A stretch of DNA of 64,000 nucleotides from Paraspadella gotoi (Eukaryota; Animalia; Chaetognatha), in assembly GCA_051294375.1 (NCBI GenBank), contig CM119268.1, positions 12,126,356-12,190,355 of the forward strand, read 5' to 3'. Below the pieces are notes generated by a model that saw only the letters and a program-made list of their open reading frames with translations, did not search any database and was not told the DNA's origin. This document shows positions 1 to 12,533 of the stretch, piece after piece. Every line of letters begins with the position of its first letter. Position 1 is the stretch's first letter. The position numbers and the translations under genes are program-made.

Positions 1-465
1 CACGCCACAAAACTTGCGTCAATTCAAGATGTCATTTTCAATACCAGATCACAAAAGAACACGCCCACACTTGTCAATTTTCAAAGATGTCATTTTCAAT
101 TACAGATCACAAGACACGCCAACACTTGTCAATTCAAGATGTCATTTTCAATTACAGATCACAAGACACGCCAACACTTGTCAATTCAAGATGTCATTTT
201 CAATTACACGATCACAAGACACGCCAACACTTGTCAATTCAAGATTCATTTTTCAATTACAGATCACCAAGACACGCCAACACTGTTCAATTCAAGATGT
301 CATTTTCAATTACAGATCACAAGACACGCTAACACTTGTCAATCAAGATGTCATTTTCAATTACAGATCACAAAGACACGTAACACTTGTCAATTCCAAG
401 ATGTCATTTTCAATTACAGATCACAAGACACGCCAACATTTGTCAATTCAAGATGTCATTTTCAA
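1..465. repeat. Tandem satellite/minisatellite, ~52-bp unit, ~9 copies, truncated by window start
   Basis: Unit CAAGACACGCCAACACTTGTCAATTCAAGATGTCATTTTCAATTACAGATCA repeated head-to-tail with small indels and no unique spacers. Confidence 0.95.
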
Positions 466-1118
466 AATGCTCATTGCCTAAACTGCCCCGATAAATTGTC
501 GGTGTCCAGTCACCTTTAAACCTTTAGGCTCTGCGAACTTTTGACCTCACGAGATTTAAATCATGCCGAAGAGATGTTTTATGCCCGCCACTCCTGTCAG
601 TCGTGTGTGCCGAAAAATATTTATCATCAACTTCACTTTGTTTTTTCTTCTTGAAGCAAAATTCAATGGTTATAATCTATTAGATTAGAATTTAAGTTAG
701 GAATGTTTAAAAATATACGTTAAAATATAATTTTGAAACTCGATCGTAGTATGTCTGGTTATTTAAAAATGTTTTTAAAAGTAATGTAAAAGTTACATAA
801 AATTAAAAACAAGTAAGACCGGAAACCGAGAAAAGATTTTGTAAATTCCTAAATTTCGTTAACAGATTTCCTTCCGCGAGAACAAAACTATTGTTAATTG
901 AAGAAAACCACCAAAAAAAAACGGCATCGTTTCTTCGGAGGCGAAAAAAAGAGAAACCAATGATTTATCTCGGCCATTGATGCCAGAAGGCCATTGGTCG
1001 ATGGCAGAAGGCCATTGGTCAGCGCAATTCATTGCATACGGAAGAGGAAGAGGAAGCCAGCCGAGAGAAAAAGGAGGTCGTCCACGGTGGTCAAGGCCGG
1101 CGTCCAGAGAGAGAGAGT

Positions 1119-1154
<36 letters not shown>

Positions 1155-2144
1155 ACGGAAGAGATAGAGAGCTGGAAATATGAGAGCGAGCTAGAGACAG
1201 AGAGCCGAGAGGAGGCGGGAAGAAGATTAACAGAGTTGATAATCTGTATTGCGGCAAATGGTAGTTTTCCTGCCAAGCGTCTGATGACGCTGTCGACGAC
1301 AACGACGACGACACCAACGCTGACCATCCATCGACCAGAGCCATAAATCCGCTGGCCGTCGTCGTCGTCGTCGTCGTCGTCGTCGAGCAATGGTCATCAT
1401 ATTTCCGCTGACGAGATGTTGTGATAATTAAACGAGCCCGAACCTCATCTCCATCTCCTCCTCATACCTCCGCCCTACCCTCCCCCCCTGTTTCGACGCG
1501 GTGGTCATTTTTCCCCGAATGGACATAATCGTTAGAAAAGGGGTTTACAGTGTAATGAGGCATTGAGTTGAGGGGGAGTTTGGAGGGGGGATGGGCGTAG
1601 GTGTAAAGGGTTAGCAAAAAAGAAGGGGAGTGTGGACATGTTTTTGCCATGTAGTATGGTCGGATGACTCTTGGTGGCATCAAGTTATCGCACGTCTAAC
1701 CCGATTGACGTCCTTTTATTAACTTCATTTTTTGCAAAATACTTATGTTTTGCCTTTTAATCTTACTAGTATGTGCCTTTTAATATTAATTATATATTTA
1801 ATATAATTATAATCTTACTACTATGTGCGTAACGAAGTAAGTGAATGCTTTTAAAAAAGAAACTTTGCTTCGAACAACTTACATCCACGAATTCAACAGC
1901 GCTAAAAAAAACTCTGGTATTACATTTGTGGTTCTTGCCTTCTTTCAATATTTTTTTCAGACAACAAAAACAACAACAACGACGACGACGACGCAACACA
2001 AATCCTCTGGTTTATTCATTCACCTTTCGAACCCTTGACTTTTTCTTTGACTCCTTCATACCTTTGACGGGGTAAAGAGAAAAAAAATTCTAATCGAATG
2101 CAAAACAGTGGCTAAGGTTTTCCATTCTGTCAAGCATAAGCACT

Positions 2145-2200
<56 letters not shown>

Positions 2201-4045
2201 GTGATATATTTTTAAGCATCGCTCGAGGATAAGAAGCCAAATACATGGCACTCTTGCAAAACCGCATAACCTAGTTTTCATTTCATACAATTGTCTTCGT
2301 GCTTCTCCGCGGTAAATGGATATACGTTTCAATTTTTTCGTTGTTGCAAAACAGATTTTTTTTTTACCCGCAGTGACACTTTTTTTTTTAATTTTTTTTA
2401 TACTCAAACGACATTTTGACTTTTGTCAGTCAACAAGACTCACCATATATTCCTTCTTTTTTTCATTCACTTAATTTTTTTTTCTCTCTCAACAGAAGTT
2501 GGAAATAGTTGGCATAAGCTTATGAATGACGGTTGCGCAAAAAAAAAAAAAAATTAAAAAGAACTGAGATTGACAAATCGAGTTCCAGAAAACGCGTCCT
2601 CTTTTCGAATCTCATTTACAAGCGCTTTCGGCCTCCCCCCATCAAAAAAAAATAAAAGCCCCGAAAAATTAAAAACTTTCGCGTTTTGATCATTTTCACA
2701 GCGTCAAATCATCCTTTGCGCTCTCCATGGTTTTCCCTGTATCTCCTATTTTCTCTCCCTCTTATTTTCCGAAAAAGAAAAGGCCGTTCTCCTTCGGGAG
2801 GTGGTTGAGAGTTCTGGTGGTTTGTGGGGGTGGGTGACCGGGGGGAGGAGATCCAGAGGCGATAAAGAGTAATTAAAAGTCGTTACCCGCTGAAAATATG
2901 GCCGTAAATCCAGGTGCAGGGCCGCCGAGTGCCGGTGCGAGACCGGGCACCGGCGAGGGACGCTCGTTTGTGGTCATTCGAGGCGTCGGTTCGCCGGGGA
3001 TAGCGAGAGAGAGAGATAGAGAGAGAGAGAGAGTGAGAGTGAGAGAGAGAGAGAGAGAGAGAGACGGCATTTGGAAGAGGAAATAAGTCGGTGAGACTGC
3101 AGGTGGGCGAGGTAGGTGTGGCATAAGGTTGAGATGTGGCAAAGGAGGTTGTCAAAGGGATGAGAAAAGAGGAGTGAGGTAATGATAAGGATAAATGGTG
3201 TGATAGATTGGATGAAGAAAAGCAAGAATAAAGCTGATATCAGAGAGAGAAGTATTGCGAATAAATTTGAGATTGACCAAAAAGAAAAAAAAAACCTATC
3301 TTCACTTAGAGAACAATGCCTTTTGCCGATTCCGTCGGTCCTACAATTGAGCCCCTGATGAGATCACAATGAATTGGCGGTTTTAGCGCCGTCGTTACGG
3401 CGTCCAAACGACGCCGGATCGAGGGACTAATGGCGCCCTTAAAAGCGCGCCGGTCCGAGTGGACCCGAGAGGTGGACCGTCATTCGTGGGTATGGATAGT
3501 GGTCGAAGGTATGTGGTCGGTCAAATCGACTCGATTGTGTCGTCTGCTGTCAGTTGGGTGTCGATCCCGGTAACGCTGAACGGGCGCCTCGTAACTGGAT
3601 GTACTCTATCTCTGTCTCTCCGGACGTTCTAAAATTTAACTCGCTATCGCTCTCTCTCTCTCTCTGTCTCTCTCTCTCGCCTCTCCCTCCTCTCCTCCTT
3701 TCGTATGTGTGTCCACTGCAGCGAGAGTGAAATTTCGGAAAAAAATATCGATTTTTCTTCTCCTTTTTAGTCCGAGGAGAAGCCTGACCAAAAAAAAAAA
3801 AAGAAGAAAGAAAAAGAAAACATAAAAAAAGGGGAAAAAGTCGGATTTCAACTCTGCTGTTGACGTAACGCCTTCTCTCGGCGCGGGTTTCAGCGTTTGT
3901 AGATGCATTTCTTTTTTTTTCTGCGTTTGGTTCTTTTTTTTTTAGTTTTTATAAATTTAAGTTTTTTTTTCTCGATTTTCTCTCATTCGGTTTCTTTTTC
4001 TTGGCTAATTGACTCGTACGGAATCTCGCAAAATCGATTCCAAAG

Positions 4046-4119
<74 letters not shown>

Positions 4120-5116
4120 TAAAAGATTCAGGAAGTTCGCAAGACAAAGGCAGTCTCTCAAGGCAATAGGCGCCCCTTCCCCTCCTTAAAAAATCCTCAA
4201 CTTCTTTTTTCTTTTTACTTTCCTTCTCTTTAATATAGATTCTCTCTCTCTCTTCTCTCTCTCTCTCTCTCTCTGCTTCTTTCTCTCTTTTCGGTCAAAT
4301 ACCAAATTGTTGGCTTTCGCTCGATTCTAAGATGTGGTTAAAAATTGTTGAGAGACGATTCACTCTCAGATCTCCGATTCCTCTGCCCCCCCCCGGTCCT
4401 ACCCCTCTTCTTTCCATCTCCTTATTTTCCTTTCCTTTTTTTTGTCTCTCTCTCTCTCGTCTCCTTTTTCCACCTCCATCATTTCCGCCTTGTTAAGATT
4501 TTATAATTTCCCGCCCTCTCCTCTTTTTTTCTTTCCCCCGTCTTCCTCTTCCTCCTCCTTTATTTTCCTTCCTCCTTTTTCGAATTATTCCATTCATCCC
4601 GACGTCATAAAAGGCTATTTTCTGGCTTCACTAACCTCTTTTTTTTCCTCACTTCTCTCATCTCCCCACTTCTCTCTGTCATCTCTCTCGCTGCCTTTCT
4701 CTTTTTCTTCCAAGTCTCGTAGCCTCTGAATGAAAAGTATTATAATTATTCTAATTTTTCTTCTCATTTTTTTAAAAGATTTTTTTTTTCGTCGATTTGA
4801 CCACGATCGATTCCACATCCCCCGCTCCCTAGCGAGTCGTTCGATTTCCACCAATAACTCGGAAATGACACAAACCGAAAGAAAGGTTTGCGATCGACGC
4901 TCGCCAAATTTCCGCGGAGCTCCTTTGGCAACCCCGCGCGAGATTCGACGAAAATACTCCAAGACGCTGGTCCAGACGGAAAGTGATATCGCTAATGGTT
5001 CCATCCGCAGTTCCATCGGTTCCACTTCTGCCCGGTGCCCGAACTTTCGCTTCTCGGGCGCAAAAGAAAAACAAACAAGAAATCCTGGACCCCGAAAAGA
5101 CTTCTCCTTGGAGAGA

Positions 5117-5182
<66 letters not shown>

Positions 5183-8100
5183 GGGAGAGAGAGAGAGAGA
5201 GAGAGACGAGAAAAACTTTTCTTATGACATCTCAGTGTCAAGAATTCAAGAAGCAGTCCGAGAAAGGTCTTTTCATTTTCTTTTAAAAAATTAAATGGTA
5301 TATTTTGTTTTAGACTTTTTCTTTTTGCATGCAAGAAAAAAACAGCAAATGTTTCGGGTTTTTACAGTTTACGATTTATTATAAAAGTATTTGACAGCCA
5401 TCATCAACAACGCTCCAAAAATATAAGTCTCTTTAGATAAAATGCTTTAAACCAGGCTGCAATCACATTTCAAAGCCAAAAATAAGAAAAAAATTCTGAC
5501 ACTTTTCCCATTGATTTAAAAGGGTTAACAAACATCAAGCCAAACAAATAATGACTATTCCCCCTGAGGACCATAATGTTTTTTCTTTTTTTTTTTTTTT
5601 GTGAATGAAATCTGCATAAGATGTTTTTGTAAAAGCAACCACTGACTTTAAGAAAGCCTGAGGCAAAAAGAGAAAATTGCATTTAAAGGTAGGCAATATA
5701 GAACCATATCAGGTATCCTTTCAGCGCTGCGCATTCATGCGTGTGCAAATCAATCAAAAACCACTATTCTAAGCAGCGCTGAAACTGCTGAAACACCATT
5801 TACAAGGAATCGAGGCAATATTTCTCGATTAGCTTTCTTCTAACAATTCCTGGTTTCCAGATCGTGACAGCCGGTAACAGCGCTGAGAATACCACTTTCT
5901 ATCTTGCGCCCATATGCAATGAATTCTTCTAAGCGGTATTTCATATTACATTCGATTTATTTGTCTTTTTACAAAGCTACTTCTGTGAGTTACTAAGTAT
6001 AAAAAATAAAAATAATAACAAGCCTTGAACAAACGTTCATATAATACATCTTTCAGCGTCTCCAATGTCAAATCTTAAATTCAAACTCGCCAGCGTTTAG
6101 TGCGAACGCGTGACGCTTCTCGTTGCATATCACATACCACCCAAATTTTGGAGCCGCGCGAGGTCCTTTAACCACGGATCTTCTAAAATAGCCAGCGCTG
6201 CAGCGCTGATTCGACAAAGATGGCCGGCCATTGCTGGAATGGCAAACCATCTAATGCGAGTGACTCGCAAGAAACCCATTGCCAACAATGTTCAAGTATC
6301 CTTCCAAGATGGCGGCTATTGCCTGACCATCATGCTGATGATCGCTGCACAGCAGCTTCAGCTATTTTTGAAAGCGAATCTGCAGCAGCCTATGTAAGTG
6401 GGCAGAGGTCCTTTTGCATTTAAAATTTAGCAAACGAGGGTCTACTGCCAGCAGCGCCCAAAGACCAGCAGGATTTTGGCATTGCAGCGCTGCAATATTC
6501 TGTCATATACTAAGGATTTTATAAAAAAGTATCTGGAATAAAAAGTCTTTGTGAATTGCAACAATAGTTCACTCATTGTTAAACGTTTGGTTAAAAAGTA
6601 ATTTCGAGTATTAATTGTGGTTAAGTTTTGGTTTGTAAATAAAAAATAAAACACATAAGTAAATCCAAAGTCAAACATTGTTGAAATATTTTGAATAGTA
6701 AATTATTTCAAGTTATCATTATTTTTTTACTATATTCGTACTTCTACGACGACCCTACAAAGAAAAAAATGAAAAATTCAAAAAGATAATAAAAAAAATA
6801 TAAACGGTTTAGATAACGGGAATAGTATACTAAAGAATAGAGAATTCTATTTAAAATATAAAAACGTTATATCAATAATTAATAAAATTATATCAAGTGA
6901 AATATTTTTAAAAATATAGATATATATGACGTAACCATTGTTTCCGTTATAACCATTGACAATTTCGGTGGTTTTTGTTCAGGGGTGCTTGTTCAGCGAT
7001 TTGCAAATTCAGTCCACATCCTTTTTTCGTTTAGATGAAAACAAAGAAAACACTTTTTGAAGAAATGGAAAAAAAAACAAATTTTAAAAAGAAATATAAA
7101 GAAAAAAATTTTAAAAATTATTATTGAATAAAATTATGTACCAAAATTTATTTATCCAATAAAAACATGATTTTAAAATTAATTTCAGCCCTTCTAAATT
7201 CCGTTTCTCACTGACCTTCGTACTTGAATAATAACTATATTTCTTACTAATAAATTGGATTCGTGTATAATGTTGAAGTTAATAAAACTTCCAGATAATC
7301 AGTCATTATTTAGTTTCAGAGTAATGATTTTGAAAGTTTCTTTAAATTTATGTTTTGTTTTCTCATTTATTTATTCAATTTTTCTCTTACTGCACAAAAG
7401 ACTAAATGAATGATACAACAAAACATTCATAATCAGATATTAATTTCAACTATAATCAATTTAATTGTCTTTTTCTAACCAGATTACTTTTAAAACATTT
7501 TTCGGAAGGCCTCCAAAGAGATAAATAAAAGAATTTTAATATTTAAACAACTCTGAATCCACTTCAATTGAGATTTTTTTAAAGCCAACAAAAAGAGCAA
7601 CTTGCGAGACAAAAGACATTGGAAAACAAAAAGCCTTTTTTTCCTGAATTTGTGTTGGTCATATGTAAAAACTAGTATAATCCTCTTCATAAAGTTTTAC
7701 ACTCATTTAGGTTTGAGAAAATAAATTGTGTACTAAAATATTTTCATTGTAGAAGAGGAAAATAATATAGATTGTGTAATTTAATATATAAACTAAAATA
7801 ATTAACTTCAAAATCTTCTTCATCACATTGATTTTTCTATGAAGTCAGTTTCAATTCATGGCTCAAAAATAGAAGCCATTGAAACCACTTTCATTGTTTA
7901 GAGAGTAGTCCTTTCATCTTTGATAAAAAAAAGAAAGTTGACTGTTTGAATAGATGATCATCATCAGAGCTGGAATTTTTTTTTAAAGAATTTGACTTCC
8001 TTTCCCAAGCCTCCAATTTTTTTAATCTGACCTCGATATTTCTTAATCAGCGCTATTGTGCTATCTGGACTAATTAATTTTTTCAATTGAATTTTTTTTT

Positions 8101-11100
8101 ATTTAGGTCAGACTAGAGTCACGGAATCTCAAATGTTATCCTTTTCTAAATAGAATTTCCATTTTATTCACAGGGTTTTTTTTTTTAACAAGCTCGCTGT
8201 TTGAATTCGTCAGCGCTTTGACCACAATAGAAAAGGATCTAAGGAACGGGCAGTTTACGAAGCGCTGCGGCTGCTGCGTAAGAAACCATCCATTGGTATG
8301 TGATGGTAACTCTGCTTATTTCCATTCGTTGTAGACTTCTCAGCAGCAGCTGCATCAGAAACTGTCCAAGGGAAGAAGACGAAGTTTCAAGTAGAGTTTC
8401 AAAAAGTGTTAAAATTTTAAAATTTAAAATGCTAATGAAATTCGGAAGATCAATCCAGGGGGCAACTCCGCTGTCTGCTGCTGAAATGTGGTGCGCCACC
8501 ATCCTCAGCGCTGCCCACGCTCCTTCCAACAATTCTTGATAACGTTTCTTGTTGTCATAAGACGCTGCAGCTGCAGCGCTGCAAAAACGATCACGTAAAA
8601 GGGGCCTTTGTAGAAGACGATGGTGGTGAGCGCATGTTGGCTCACGAGCCTGGCCTGGCTCGCTTGAGCCAACAACCATTGCCGGCCAATCTTCTTTTCC
8701 AAAGTAACCCCAAACTAGACAACGTAGACCTCTGCGTAGAGGAGATCTTCGTGCAGCAGTTGCACAGCAGCATTCTGAACTTCCAAGCTTTCCTTTTTCT
8801 AAAGAAGAAAAACAGAGAACAGGTTTGCATGCTCAAAGCGCTATCAAACCTTTTTTATCATTGACTTGATAGTAAAAACTCTTGGACAAATGGGGTACAA
8901 AGCAAATGTCCGCTGATAGAGATTTCAAGCATATCGAATATTTTTCTTTTTGAATTTTCATCAAATGAAAAGATCTTTAATAAAACTCTAAATAATAAAA
9001 AAGCTTTTGATTCAGTTTTTTTCCTTTTGTTCCAGAATCATCAGAAACTTTTGAAATTAATCTTTGCCTCAGGAAATACCTGGGCCATAATGAGGATTAT
9101 GGGTCTGCTGGCTAAAAAAAAAAGGAGGTCATCCAAGACAGAAATAAAAAATATCAGTAGGCCAAAAAAAGAGATTTTTTTTTCATCTTTTTTTTCTCTT
9201 TGACTTACATGTTAAAAGATCATTTTTTGCCTCTAAAAAAGTTTTGTCATATTTTTTCCATATGTGGAGATATTGAGGTTTTCTTCTGAACTGAAATTTT
9301 TTTTGCAATTCAAAGATATTCAAACTATAATAATTAATTTAAAATTTTTTTTCAAGATTTCAAGCCAAAACTTTTAATATAGCTATTATTTACAAGAATT
9401 ATTAAAACACTTTCAATACCCATTTTTAAACATCGCTCTTTTTAAAAAATCAAATTGCATGGTCAAGGGTCCTCAGCGCTGAAGCTTGACAATATATTTT
9501 CCTCTACACACCTACTACCTCAAGCAATAAAGGAATTAAACTTAAAATAGTAATATATCAAAAATTTTCATTTAACTAAATAAGTTTTTCTAGAGATAAA
9601 AAATGTTGTCCACTTTCTAAAGCTTATCTATGAAGTCAAGCAGCAAGCTGCCCGCCAAGTGCTTTTCATTGTTCAAGATGTTGAATTTAAAATTTGGTAG
9701 TGGAATTTTGAACGAAAGTTGCCTTCACAAACTTTGTAATGGTACCAGATCATCAGTGACTTCTCGCTATTTAGCATGGCAGCGATGACTAGCTGAAACG
9801 CTAAATTGCAGAAAAGCGTCATGATTAGCCAAAAAATTCTGATGGCCAGCGCAAAGATAGCCATTGAACTAGGACTTTGCAGCGGACATACAGCTAAGTA
9901 AATCAGCGCTGCCTTCGTTCGATGCAAAGCAGAAAGTAAAGCCGTTCAGCGTTTTCTAGAGGACATATGTGGTTTGGAAGGGCATTTGCGAACCAAAAAG
10001 TTGACCTTTTGACCCTACGCGCAGCGAGAGCTTCAGCAACGCCACCACAAGCATAATGGCAATGGGTTGTTTGAGGCAAAACGTTCTTGGACGAAGCGCT
10101 GCAAAACACTTGGATATATGCAGTGCTGGATGGCTATTTCGAAAAAGAGGACCTCAAGCAATGGATACTGAGATTTTTTTAGCAAGTTTTTTAGGCCCTT
10201 AGGTGCAAACCTTTTTACTTGATTTTTTTCGCTTGACATTTGATGACAGGTTTTTTTTTTGGACATGACATCCTGGCCCAAGGCACTAACCTTTTAGTTT
10301 GTATTGAGAAGGATTAATCTAAAATCAGCGTTTTTTGTGGAATAAAATTTTGCATTTCGTCTATTTAAGTTAAAAATTTAACTTTTTTAAAAACGCTGCA
10401 GCGATTTGTCTTTTAAAAATAATATTTACCCATGCGGAAAATAAAAATAAATATCTAGAATTACTTACAATTTTATATAAAACAGAAACAATGAAGAATA
10501 AATTTTTTAAAATTAATTTTCTATTTCTTACCAAAAAATAATCGTTATTATAGCAAGATAGATCGTTAAACTTATGCAAATCAGGTTTACGTTTTTAATG
10601 AGATCATTAACTATCTTCATTCACCATTCATATTTCAATTGGATAAGAAAATATTTTAAATGGATTTTTCATTCTAACAAAAGTTTTACCCTATTGAATA
10701 TAATTAAGTTAAATCTTGTACTTAATACTATATAGCAGTACAGCATAGTTTCCTGCAAGTACCACATTTCGTTTAACATTGAAAGGATTCCCATTCCTCG
10801 TTTCCCCCCCCCTCCCCCCTCCATCTCTTATTTCCAACCTTGAGTGTTGACTCTTTTCTTTTTTTTTCATTCACACGTTCACTCATTCCCTCATCTTTTT
10901 TTTTTTTAATTGCTCGCGCGACTCGCGAGCGACGCACGGATCTCGACGTCGCCGCTGACTCCAATTTTGTACCATGAGACAAAAAGATCCTTCGACAACA
11001 ACGGTTATGGTGAAAAGGGGATGAATAAAAAAAAAAGGGGGGGGGAAAAAGAGGAGGAAGAAGCGAGAAGGAAGAAGGGAAGAAGGGAAAAGAAACGGTG

Positions 11101-11825
11101 GGGAGGAGAGAAATTCCGAGGTGTTGCGAGGGAGGAAAAAAAAGTGGATCAGGCCGAGGATGACAAATAGCAAAGGAAAAGGGAAGAAAAAGAAGGTGGA
11201 AATAAAAAAAAAAAACAAAAGAAAAGGAAAATGAATAAATAGCGGAGAAGAAAAGAAAAGAGAAAGAAAGAAATGGAAAGTTATCGATGAATAGACGATG
11301 GGAAAGGAGAATGAATATGATAGGATGTAATTTTCTTACTTTTTTGTCATTATTTTCAGGCAGAATTACAAAACAATGAGATTTTGCAAGATGTCAACAA
11401 TTAAATTCATCTTTTATTGACCGACACTGAAAGGCCTCGGAGGTCGCATACAAAGTTCGGACTTATTGACCTATTTCTTTTTTATTAACGTAGTCGATAA
11501 TATTCGAGCTCAATAATAACGATTTTTTGTTTAGCTTTTAAATTCTGCGAATTCGAGTTACTGGATGAGCTTATGACACACAACTGAGTTATTAAAATTT
11601 GTTTCTTTTCCCGTCTTTCTTTTTTATTTCTCTTCTTTCTTTCTTTATTTCTTTATTTCTTTCTTTCTTTTCTTTATTTCTTTATTTCTTTCTTTCTTTC
11701 TCTTTCTTTATTACTTTTTTCTTTCTTTCTTTCTTTTTTCTCTCCTCTCTCTCTTCCCTCCCCGCCAATCAGTCACACACACACACGATCATCCGCCATG
11801 ATATCTTCCATCTCCCGACGCTCAC

Positions 11826-12533
11826 CTAAACTGTTGGGGAAAACGCCCGAGGGCGCCGCCCTCGTCAGCCTCGGCGTCGTCGTCGCCGCGACGTTCCCTT
11901 CGTCGTCATCTTCGTCGTCGCCGTCCTTTCGCCGACTTTTCCCCCGCGAGGGGCTCCTGGCCTTGTTGTTGTTGTTATTGTTCTTATTGTTGTTGTTGTT
12001 ATTATTGTTGTGCCGCGGGGGAGAGACGGCCTCCCCCTCGTTGCCGCCGCCGCCGGCGAGGGCCTGCGACGGCGCGGCCCTGGAGGAGCAGCGAGCGACG
12101 TCGTCGTCTTCCTCATCGTCATTGGCCTTGTCGTCGTCGTCGTCGTTGCGCTTCTGTTTTCGTCCGGACCTCCTCTCGTTCGGAGGCGACGACGATGACG
12201 ACGCCGAGACGGTCAGTCCCTCGGCGTCCTTGTCGCGGCGGTCGTCGTCGTCGTCGTCGTCGTCTCCGCCGCCGTCGCCGCAGTTCCCTCCCTGGAGATC
12301 CGAGGAGGACGAGGAAGCGGAGGAAGGCTTCGTGCGGCACATCTCGATCTTGTGCTGGATGAAGGAGCAGATCTCGTTGAGCGGAAACTCGCAGCCGCAT
12401 CCGCCGCAGATGAGGAGATCGCGCGACGCCGCCGCCGCCGCCGCCGACGCCGCAGCCGCGGAAGACGACGAAGAGTCCCGCAACCTGTGGCGCCAACCTG
12501 AGGCGCTGGATTCCTCGGACATCCCATCCTCGG
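11826..12533 (-). CDS. BCL11: BCL11-family transcription factor, coding exon 2 (CCHC zinc finger plus low-complexity tracts)
   Basis: Encodes RDLLICGGCGCEFPLNEICSFIQHKIEMC, matching the BCL11A/B N-terminal finger ([28 protein letters not shown]). Polypyrimidine acceptor ...CTAACCCCCAG (AG at 12535-12534), donor G|GTGAGC at 11825; 708 nt, phase 1-1, open frame. Confidence 0.9.

Noticed and set aside
1-465. CRISPR array or repeat-protein ORFs (14-481, 87-332, 139-519)
   Set aside because: Contiguous 52-bp units without unique spacers, unit length not a multiple of 3, eukaryotic context
859-5334. Many ORFs rich in ERERER or SLSLSL, here and throughout the window
   Set aside because: Translations of (GA)n/(CT)n microsatellites with no domain content
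8212-8823. Plus-strand three-exon model (RFDHNRKGSKERAVYEALRLL...)
   Set aside because: Splice-like sites exist but the phases do not join and there is no recognisable domain
11773-12522. Stand-alone 249-aa single-exon gene starting at ATG 12522
   Set aside because: Splice sites at 12533 and 11826 and the upstream MSRRKQ exon indicate an internal exon
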